Assembly: GCA_964485065.1 (NCBI GenBank)
Contig: CAZAHG010000001.1
Coordinates: forward strand, 1-28,420
Origin: an uncultured Candidatus Saccharibacteria bacterium
GTDB taxonomy: Bacteria; Patescibacteriota; Minisyncoccia; Minisyncoccales; UBA10102
Direction: 5' to 3'
Length of the DNA: 28,420 bases
A model generated the notes under the pieces. The model was not told the origin of the DNA, ran no database searches, and saw only the letters and a program-made list of their open reading frames with translations. Each line of letters begins with the position of its first letter. Positions within the stretch are counted from its first letter, which is position 1. This document shows, one piece after another, positions 10,960-17,593 of the stretch. Position numbers and translations under genes: made by a program.

Positions 10960-11056
10960 ATTTTTGAGTAGGCTCGGCCTACGAGCTCATTTAGCGGGCG
11001 GAACTCGGCTTCGGCCAATCCGCATACAGTCCCAAGCGAACAAAAGGAGACTCAAA

Positions 11057-11426
11057 GTGCAGGAAGAGTTCGCGATCCTCATGAACACCCTGGGCGCGAT
11101 CTTCGTCATCCTCTACTTCGCCGGCATCCTCGGGCTCGCCTTCAATGGGATCCGGCACATCCGCGGCCTCGGCTACAAGGCATACACGTGGAGCGGGCGC
11201 CTCTTCGGCCTCGTCATGCTCATCGGCGCGGCGACTGCGACGGACGCTGCGGTCGGCCGCCACGAATGGCTCACTCTCTTCGGCAGTCGTGGTCGCGATT
11301 CTCGGCATCTTCGTGAACAACCACGAGGACTCTGAGGCGACGCGCAAGCGCGTGCGCGAGGTCGAGCCTGATGAGTCTCACGCGGATGAGTGGGGAATCC
11401 CGGTTCGTCACACTCGCATCGGCTAG
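11057..11426 (+). pseudogene. Frameshifted gene for a small 3-TM membrane protein (about 122 aa if repaired)
   Basis: AAGGAG RBS 11044-11049, GTG 11057. G/C-ending codons run in the first frame to about 11278, then continue in the +1 frame (SAVVVAILGIFVNN...RIG*). Removing one T in CTCTTCGG fuses the two. Confidence 0.65.
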
Positions 11427-11444
11427 CCTCGGTTCGCTCAAGTT

Positions 11445-11481
11445 GGTGAGTTCCTCCGTTTACGTAACGGAGGAACTCACC
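11445..11481. repeat. Perfect 16-bp inverted repeat GGTGAGTTCCTCCGTT-tacgt-AACGGAGGAACTCACC
   Basis: Arms are exact reverse complements; no U-tract on either side. Confidence 0.85.
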
Positions 11482-11507
11482 TCACTATCTACGAATTCTA
11501 GTCAATA

Positions 11508-11539
11508 GCTTCGCAACACTTGCTGCGGAGTTTTTAGTT
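11508..11539 (+). terminator. Probable intrinsic terminator
   Basis: GCTTCGCA/TGCGGAGT stem (with G-U pairs) followed by TTTTTAGTT, between convergent genes. Confidence 0.5.
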
Positions 11540-11550
11540 GTAATCCAAAA

Positions 11551-12414
11551 TTATATGCCAAAGAGGGTTTTTGCGTTTTGGGTTGTGGCGCGAGCCACTT
11601 CTTCTAAGGAGATTTTTTTGATTCTTGCGATCTCTTCTGCAACATAATGAACGTTTATGGGTTCATTGCGTTCTTCTTTTGCTTGCGGCGGGGCCAAATA
11701 CGGAGAATCGGTTTCTAATACGATTCTTTCAAGCGGAATTGACGCTATCACTTCTTCTGGACTTGGAAGCGCTGGCACATGTTTGAATATCAGACCGTTG
11801 AAACCGACATATAATCCCATTTCCAGGAATCGCTTTGCTTGGATAGCATTTCCCGTATAGCAATGCACCACTCCGCGTATCGGTTCTTTCTGATTTTCGA
11901 TAAGGGCGATGAGGTCTTCATGAGCCTTACGGCAGTGTAAAATGACCGGGAGATTGCATTCTTTTGCAAGAATCATTTGCTCTTGCAGTACCCGCACCTG
12001 TTTCTCGCGCAGAGCCCTGCGTCTCTCTTTACTCTTGGGTTCATAATAGTAATCGAGGCCGGCCTCTCCTATCGCAACCACCTTTTTATTCTTCGCCAGT
12101 TCTTTATATGCGTGGTAATCGAATTTTTCTCCTTTTGTTTGAAAGGTCATCCATGGTTCTTCGTCGGTCTCTACTGACTGCACTTCTTGAACATCAACTC
12201 TGCGCTTCTCTCCTATATGAATAGGGTGAAGACCCACGGCGGCATAGAATCCTTCGGGGTGTTGTTCTGCTATTTCAACCGCGCGCCTCGAAGTCGTGTA
12301 CTGGGTGCCTGGCATAATGACGTGAATACCGGCAGCCAATGTGCGCCGTAACACTGTGGGAAGATCGTTTCTGAACGCGTTGAAATTCAGATGTCCGTGC
12401 GTGTCTATGAGCAT
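11551..12414 (-). CDS. tatD: TatD family metal-dependent hydrolase/DNase
   Basis: LIDTHGHL, AAVGLHP, VAIGEAGLDYY, ILHCR, GVVHCY, LETDSPYLAP, NEP motifs. Confidence 0.95.
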   Translation of the reverse strand: MLIDTHGHLNFNAFRNDLPTVLRRTLAAGIHVIMPGTQYTTSRRAVEIAEQHPEGFYAAVGLHPIHIGEKRRVDVQEVQSVETDEEPWMTFQTKGEKFDYHAYKELAKNKKVVAIGEAGLDYYYEPKSKERRRALREKQVRVLQEQMILAKECNLPVILHCRKAHEDLIALIENQKEPIRGVVHCYTGNAIQAKRFLEMGLYVGFNGLIFKHVPALPSPEEVIASIPLERIVLETDSPYLAPPQAKEERNEPINVHYVAEEIARIKKISLEEVARATTQNAKTLFGI

Positions 12415-12427
12415 ATGTTTCCATTGT

Positions 12428-12464
12428 AAAGAAAAAAGGGCTTTCTGAACATCAGAAAGCCCTT
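12428..12464 (-). terminator. Intrinsic terminator after the 100-aa orphan
   Basis: Perfect 12-bp stem AAGGGCTTTCTG/CAGAAAGCCCTT followed on the minus strand by a T-rich tract. Confidence 0.8.
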
Positions 12465-12483
12465 ACGCAGAAGAGTGCTTCTC

Positions 12484-12786
12484 CTAGCCTGCCGTCACCG
12501 GCATCTCCGCGCACCGTCGCAGGGATTTGATCGCCTGCTCTGTCTTCTCGAGACGTACTCGAGCCCTCGTCTTCTCTTCGCGAGAAACCTGGGGACTGTT
12601 GATCCGCCTGCGAATGGCCTGAGCCTTGATGCTGAGACGCTCCAAGTCGGTCTTCTGGGGATAATTGAAGACTAGGTCCACGACGGCTTCCTCCTGCTTT
12701 GTGTGCTCAATCGGTTTGGCACACCCCTGCCCGTCCTCTATGGACAGGCGGGGCTGGGCCAAACATGGTTCGACTTTGCTCACCAT
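12484..12786 (-). CDS. Hypothetical 100-aa protein, basic helical C-terminus
   Basis: ATG 12786 directly follows the attenuator U-tract; flanked by its own promoter and terminator. No family recognised. Confidence 0.6.
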   Translation of the reverse strand: MVSKVEPCLAQPRLSIEDGQGCAKPIEHTKQEEAVVDLVFNYPQKTDLERLSIKAQAIRRRINSPQVSREEKTRARVRLEKTEQAIKSLRRCAEMPVTAG

Positions 12787-12925
12787 AAAAAGAAACCCCC
12801 GACTGGGAGGTTTCGTGAGTGCGACTTGAATAAACGCGTTTCTTGAAATCTCCCAGCTACAATAAGGGGACAATAATCAACAAGCCCGCAAGCAATTTCT
12901 GTACCTTGATTGTCTGGGAAATCAT
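12787..12925 (-). promoter_or_regulatory. Leader-peptide attenuator-like element (1:2, 2:3 antiterminator, 3:4 terminator)
   Basis: Terminator GAAACCTCC/GGGGGTTTC plus TTTTT (12787-12814); CTGGGAGATTTC (12845-12856) complements GAAACCTCCCAG with one mismatch; ATTTCCCAGACAAT (12909-12922) complements segment 2. Confidence 0.7.
12857..12925 (-). CDS. Putative leader peptide MISQTIKVQKLLAGLLIIVPLL (22 aa, Leu/Ile/Val-rich)
   Basis: Manual translation; 12 of 22 residues are branched-chain; the TAG abuts antiterminator segment 2. An in-frame ATG also sits at 12931. Confidence 0.6.
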   Translation of the reverse strand: MISQTIKVQKLLAGLLIIVPLL

Positions 12926-12944
12926 ATTCATATACACGATATTT

Positions 12945-12973
12945 AGTATAAGAGAACCAAGAACCCTTGTCAA
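12945..12973 (-). promoter_or_regulatory. Near-consensus sigma70 promoter TTGACA-17-TATACT
   Basis: -35 at 12968-12973, -10 at 12945-12950, spacer exactly 17 nt. Confidence 0.85.
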
Positions 12974-12975
12974 GG

Positions 12976-13010
12976 AAAAAAGGGCTTGCAACATTAAGCT
13001 GCAAGCCCTT
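12976..13010 (-). terminator. Intrinsic terminator of the ATP-grasp gene
   Basis: Perfect 11-bp stem AAGGGCTTGCA/TGCAAGCCCTT plus T-run, 12 nt after the stop codon. Confidence 0.8.
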
Positions 13011-13022
13011 GATGAGCCGCCG

Positions 13023-14291
13023 TTAGACGACGATCGAACCTAACTGGAGACAGTCGAGCGCGCCGTGCACTCTCTTGTCTTGCCGCGCGGTAACAACGAT
13101 GTCAGCCACGCGACGCATCGAGTAGTGCACGGTAATCCGCATGAACCACTCGCCTTGCTGAAGGGAACCTCCGTCCGCGAAGTACTGAAAGCTCCGCGAG
13201 CGGTTGGTCACTTCTTCCTGCAAGATGAAGCGATAGTACGAGTCGCACGCGCGCTTCATGGTCGCGTTCCAGTGCGGGTCATCCATGAACACGGTTCCCT
13301 TCATGCCACTTGAGATTGATTCTTTGAGTACGAACCGCTTGCCGTTGCACCTGTCGCGCCAGTACTCCTCCTTCGCTCGCTTCACGAGATAAGTTTCGGG
13401 GATGTACTTTCGCAGAAGCGCAAGCGATGCGGAGCGGATTTGCGACTTGAGAATCGCTTCGAGCTCCTCGTTGCCGATGTCGTTTCGAAGCAGGGCGAGG
13501 ATTGCCTTTGAACCCAGAAACGGCTTCGGCGGGATAAGGAAGTCAATCTCTCCGGCGCGATAGCGCGCGGCGAGCAGGGCGTTCAGCGTTCGGTTGTGGT
13601 AAAGAAACGGCAGGTCAACAAAGAGTTTGTAGTCCTTACCGTCCGTGCCCACGATCGCCTTTTCGCCCTCGACGCGCACATCGCTTTCCGCGACCACGAC
13701 GACTTCGACTCCGTGGGTGGCGAGTTCAGATTGCAAGATACGAAACTCCGGCAAGTAGAACCTCTCTTGGTCCGCGTAGAGAAGCACGATTGTGCTCTCT
13801 CCGCGACGAGCGGCCTCTTTCGCGAGAGTTGACACAATGCCTGGGAAAGCCTGGACTTCTGGCATGACGGCTCTGCGGATTCTCGCGGCGAGCGTTGAGT
13901 AGCCAAGGCCGTGCTTATTGTGACCGTCAATCTCCGCGATGCGGAAGTTGCCGTCTTGCGACTCCATGATGTCTACCTTGCAGATGCTTGGCACCCTGCT
14001 CGGATTGAGCAACATGATGTCGTGATAGATTGCCGGAACTCCAGTGTGCATGGCTTTCGTGATCATGCCCCATGTCAGACTGTGGCAGAGCTTGGGGTTG
14101 AATGCGATAGCCGCGATTCTGCCGAGTCCGGCGAGGCAGTCCTGGAGAGCCGCGCCGAGCGCTTCAAGTTCTTCTCGCTTTTCTGGCGAGACCTCGTACA
14201 CGCTCGGAGAGAGAATGAAGCCATATCTCGATGTTCCCCCGTTGTTCCAGAGACCCGAATCTAGGACGACCTGCCTGACTTGTTCGTACAT
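13023..14291 (-). CDS. Circularly permuted ATP-grasp ligase (glutathione/glutathionylspermidine synthetase-like fold), substrate unknown
   Basis: KVDIM...FRIAEID metal/ATP motif, FVLKESISSGMKGTVF Lys plus Gly-loop, FILQEEV; AGAGGAG RBS 8 nt before ATG 14291. GC-richer than neighbours. Confidence 0.7.
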   Translation of the reverse strand: MYEQVRQVVLDSGLWNNGGTSRYGFILSPSVYEVSPEKREELEALGAALQDCLAGLGRIAAIAFNPKLCHSLTWGMITKAMHTGVPAIYHDIMLLNPSRVPSICKVDIMESQDGNFRIAEIDGHNKHGLGYSTLAARIRRAVMPEVQAFPGIVSTLAKEAARRGESTIVLLYADQERFYLPEFRILQSELATHGVEVVVVAESDVRVEGEKAIVGTDGKDYKLFVDLPFLYHNRTLNALLAARYRAGEIDFLIPPKPFLGSKAILALLRNDIGNEELEAILKSQIRSASLALLRKYIPETYLVKRAKEEYWRDRCNGKRFVLKESISSGMKGTVFMDDPHWNATMKRACDSYYRFILQEEVTNRSRSFQYFADGGSLQQGEWFMRITVHYSMRRVADIVVTARQDKRVHGALDCLQLGSIVV

Positions 14292-14337
14292 GACGCCATC
14301 TCCTCTTTCTTTAGTTGTCAACGAACTATGTTGCTGC

Positions 14338-14387
14338 TTAGTGGCAGGATTGCTATCCCGCTAAGCGGGACAGCAGACTGCCACCAA
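14338..14387. repeat. Long intergenic hairpin (10-bp plus 11-bp stems, small internal loop)
   Basis: Minus strand TTGGTGGCAG-tc-TGCTGTCCCGC-tta-GCGGGATAGCA-atc-CTGCCACTAA; no U-tract. Confidence 0.7.
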
Positions 14388-14394
14388 ATCGCAA

Positions 14395-14835
14395 TCAATG
14401 AACTATGGACAAAATGTCTCGCAAAGAACTTACTATGTATGTCGGCCATTCACTTTTTGCTCTCGGTTTTTCGTCGGCGAATTTTCCTGACCTCAACCAA
14501 ATCGTCTGCAAGCCAAGCGAATTACCGATGCGAATTTCTTTCCGAACGCGATCGCCGACGACGAAACTTAACCCCCGGTTTATCGCCGTCGGCGCGGCTA
14601 TCTGTTCAAAATCCTTTTTGCTTTTTTCTTTCGCGATTATGACGCGAGAAAAGTATTCGCTAATGCCGAGATTCTTAATAAATTCCTTTCTTAATTTCCC
14701 GGCGCGGCTGATAAGGTAGAGAGAAAAACCTCTGCGAAACAGAGTTCGCAAAACAAATCTCGCATCCCTCATAAGGCATTTGGAATCGGGGTCATACATG
14801 GTTCTATTGAAGTCAAAAATAATAATTTTTTTCAT
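14395..14835 (-). CDS. HAD-superfamily hydrolase (minimal, DFNRT motif I variant)
   Basis: IIIFDFNRTMYD motif I, LYLISR motif II, FVVGDRVRKEIRIGNSLGLQTIW motif IV region. Confidence 0.8.
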   Translation of the reverse strand: MKKIIIFDFNRTMYDPDSKCLMRDARFVLRTLFRRGFSLYLISRAGKLRKEFIKNLGISEYFSRVIIAKEKSKKDFEQIAAPTAINRGLSFVVGDRVRKEIRIGNSLGLQTIWLRSGKFADEKPRAKSEWPTYIVSSLRDILSIVH

Positions 14836-14847
14836 AGTTTTGGATAT

Positions 14848-15029
14848 AAAACAAAACCAGCTTCCCGTCTCCGGAAAGCTGGCTCGATTGTCGCTGTTAC
14901 ACTAATTCATTACAACACACAAGATTTGCTGAAATTAGTAAACGCAAACACCAACTTTCCGGCGGAAAGCTCATAATGCCAATAGCCGTGATAGCTGTTT
15001 AGGCGACTTTTATCAGGAAAGTTGATCAT
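14848..15029 (-). promoter_or_regulatory. Second leader-peptide attenuator-like element
   Basis: Terminator CCAGCTTTCC/GGGAAGCTGG plus TTTTGTTTT (14848-14882); GGAAAGTTGG (14951-14960) can pair with the terminator 5' arm, with GAGCTTTCC (14964-14972) or with CAACTTTCC (15016-15024). Confidence 0.65.
14910..15029 (-). CDS. Putative leader peptide MINFPDKSRLNSYHGYWHYELSAGKLVFAFTNFSKSCVL (39 aa)
   Basis: Manual translation; the YHGYWHY cluster lies immediately 5' of segment 1. Confidence 0.5.
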   Translation of the reverse strand: MINFPDKSRLNSYHGYWHYELSAGKLVFAFTNFSKSCVL

Positions 15030-15047
15030 AAATTTTCTCTGTTTCAT

Positions 15048-15076
15048 ATACTAACAGATACTAAATTAGTAGTCAA
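15048..15076 (-). promoter_or_regulatory. Sigma70 promoter TTGACT-17-TAGTAT with extended TG
   Basis: -35 at 15071-15076, -10 at 15048-15053, directly after the metG stop. Confidence 0.75.
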
Positions 15077-15085
15077 TAGGACATA

Positions 15086-16546
15086 TTATTTCCGGGGGAA
15101 CAGAGATTCTCCCAGGCCTGTTTTGAGCTGCTGAGCCAGTTTTTCTGATGTTTCAGGAAGAAACGGGTCCAGCATTTCTCCAAGGGTGGCGAGCACCACA
15201 AGAAGGGTTTTGATCGTCTCTTTCTGCTTTTCTTGATCCCGAGCAGGGTCGAGGGACCAGGGCCGCTCTTGCTCAATCAACCTGTCGCAAGCATGAATCA
15301 CCTTCCAGATACTTTCCAACGCCGCGTTAAACCTAAAATCACTCAGGGCTTCTTGAACTTCCTTCTGAGTTTTGTCAATCAGATCTTTCATGCCCGCGTG
15401 CTTCATCTCCTTTGAATTCGAGCTTGCCTTGACGCCTACATTGTGCGCCATTGTTAACACCCGGGCCGCAAGATTACCCAGCCCTGCCGCCAAATCGGCA
15501 TTATATCTTACTCGAAACTTCTCTTCGGTAAAATCTCCATCTTCCGCCGAGGGTATCTCTCGCAGAAAGAAGTAGCGGACAGCATCAGCCCCGTACTTTT
15601 CGACGAGCGCGAAGGGATCTACGACATTACCCAAACTCTTTGACATCTTTTGCCCGTCTATGGTGATATAGCCATGCACAAAGACGGTCTTGGGCAGCAA
15701 CAGACCGGCAGACAGCAGAAAGGCCGGCCAGTATACGGCGTGGAAACGCATGATGCCCTTTCCTATGACGTGCACATCGGCCGGCCACCACTTGCTATAC
15801 TGCCCTTCGTCAAAACCAAAACCAACGCCTGACTGGTAAATATTCAAAGCGTCAAACCAAACATACAATCTCTGACTGTCGTCTCCGGGAACGGGAACTC
15901 CCCAGTTTTTTGCTCGTTCGTTGGAACGGGAAATACTGATATCGCGCAGGGGATTTTTCAAAAACGCCAACACTTCCTTTTTTCTGGTTGCGGGAACGAT
16001 GCGCAACTCATCGTGCTCTATAATTTTGATGAGCCGCTCCTGATGGCGCGAAAGTTTAAAAAAATAGTTTTCCTCAGATACTCTTTCAAGCTTCCGGCCC
16101 GGGTGTTCAAAACATTCCAGGTTATCATCCAATTCGTCTTTGGTATAAAAGGCCTCGCATCCAACGCAATACAGGCCTTCGTAAAGGGCCTTGTAGATAT
16201 CGCCCGCCTTCTTGCAAAGCTCCCACAACTTCTGGCTTGATGCGTGATGCTGCTTGCCGCTCCCCCGCCAAAACACGTCGAGCTGCACGCCCAACGCCTT
16301 CGACAGCTCAAAAAAGAGCCTGCTGTTTTCTTCGATAAACTGCCCCACGGGCATCCCGGCCTGCTCAGCTGCCTGCACGTTTTTTAAGGCGTTGTCATCG
16401 CTTCCGGATAAGAGCCGCACGTCTTGACCCTTCTGACGATGGAAACGGGCAATGACGTCCGCCTGAATAAATTCCAGGGCATGGCCGAGATGCGGCCGAG
16501 CGTTCACGTACGGAATTGCGGTTGTGACGTAGAACTTCCTTTCCAT
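15086..16546 (-). CDS. metG: Methionine--tRNA ligase (short form)
   Basis: FYVTTAIPYVNARPHLGH, CVGCEAFY knuckle, YVWFDAL, HVIGKGIMRFH, KMSKSLGN; no C-terminal tRNA-binding domain. Confidence 0.97.
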   Translation of the reverse strand: MERKFYVTTAIPYVNARPHLGHALEFIQADVIARFHRQKGQDVRLLSGSDDNALKNVQAAEQAGMPVGQFIEENSRLFFELSKALGVQLDVFWRGSGKQHHASSQKLWELCKKAGDIYKALYEGLYCVGCEAFYTKDELDDNLECFEHPGRKLERVSEENYFFKLSRHQERLIKIIEHDELRIVPATRKKEVLAFLKNPLRDISISRSNERAKNWGVPVPGDDSQRLYVWFDALNIYQSGVGFGFDEGQYSKWWPADVHVIGKGIMRFHAVYWPAFLLSAGLLLPKTVFVHGYITIDGQKMSKSLGNVVDPFALVEKYGADAVRYFFLREIPSAEDGDFTEEKFRVRYNADLAAGLGNLAARVLTMAHNVGVKASSNSKEMKHAGMKDLIDKTQKEVQEALSDFRFNAALESIWKVIHACDRLIEQERPWSLDPARDQEKQKETIKTLLVVLATLGEMLDPFLPETSEKLAQQLKTGLGESLFPRK

Positions 16547-16561
16547 CAGGAGTTTCCTTTG

Positions 16562-17593
16562 TCAATCATCTGCATCCGCTTCCACCTTCTTTTTTCTTTC
16601 TGCGAAGTCGTGAAGAAACTCGAAGAGAATGCCAGACAGAGGAACTGCGAGAAAGGCTCCCATGATGCCCCACAGCTTGCCTCCTATCGCGAGAGAGATG
16701 AGAACGAGAACCGGATGAAGCCCTACGAAACGGCGGCTCAACAGAGGCGTCAGCACGTTATTCTCAATCTGTTGAATAAGGGTGAATGCTCCCACCATGA
16801 AGAGGGCGCGCAATGGCGAATCCATGGCCACCACGACCGCAATGAGAAATCCCGCAATAAGAGGACCTACAATGGGGATAAAGTTTGTGATACCTGCAAT
16901 CACGGACAACGAGACCGGGTAGCGAACGTCAAAAATCAAAAGAGTGAAATATGTCAGAAGGCCGACGAATAATGAACTGATTATGCGGGAAAGAAACCAC
17001 CCCGAGACGCGTTTTTGCGCTCTTCTCCAAAGATTGAATGCGAGCGCTTCGTGCTGTTTCGGAAAAAGAAATGAGATGGCCCGTTCCATCGTGCGTTCTT
17101 CGAGGGAAACGAACAATGCCATGCTCAATACGAAAATAGTGGAAACAATGCCTCCGAGCACCGCAAAAAGACCGTTCAGCACTCCCGAGGCGATGCTCGT
17201 AGCATTCCTGTTCAGCGTATCTACCAGGCTCTGCACGTCGGAGAATGCCACGAGTCCGAGCCCTTTGAGCGGAGGAGAAATGCTGTTGAAATACTCGGGA
17301 AAGCGCTCTGAAAAGCGCTGGAGCTCGGTGCTGAAGAACGGAGCCGTGGCATAGATCATCAACGCAAGAAAGCCGAACGAGGCCAGATATGTTGCTACGG
17401 CGGCAGCTACGCGGGGAACCCTGAACTTTATGAAGAACTCAATGATGGGGTTGAACAGAATTGAAATGACTATTCCGAATATCACCCACAACAGGATGTC
17501 TTTGACGATAAAAAAAATATACAGCCCCAACACGGCAGCGAAAATCTTCGCGATGCTGCCCCAGGAAAGATCGAGGATGCGCTCTTTGTTCAT
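16562..17593 (-). CDS. AI-2E/PerM family transporter
   Basis: Multi-TM protein with NFIPIVGP, QQIENNVLTP, GLHPVLVLISLAIGGKLWGIMGAFLAVP; start MNKERILD at 17593 (ATGA overlap). Confidence 0.9.
   Translation of the reverse strand: MNKERILDLSWGSIAKIFAAVLGLYIFFIVKDILLWVIFGIVISILFNPIIEFFIKFRVPRVAAAVATYLASFGFLALMIYATAPFFSTELQRFSERFPEYFNSISPPLKGLGLVAFSDVQSLVDTLNRNATSIASGVLNGLFAVLGGIVSTIFVLSMALFVSLEERTMERAISFLFPKQHEALAFNLWRRAQKRVSGWFLSRIISSLFVGLLTYFTLLIFDVRYPVSLSVIAGITNFIPIVGPLIAGFLIAVVVAMDSPLRALFMVGAFTLIQQIENNVLTPLLSRRFVGLHPVLVLISLAIGGKLWGIMGAFLAVPLSGILFEFLHDFAERKKKVEADADD

Noticed and set aside
11481-11508. Antisense -35 (TTGACT) and 8-bp CTATTGAC inverted match to 10928-10935 flanking the GC-rich island
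   Set aside because: No -10 at 16-18 nt spacing; an 8-bp match is too short to call terminal repeats, and the motif recurs at another promoter (15071).
12976-13030. Possible integron attC (GTCTAAC matches RYYYAAC at the ATP-grasp stop)
   Set aside because: No matching GTTRRRY core or L boxes, no integrase, and the downstream symmetry is explained by a terminator.
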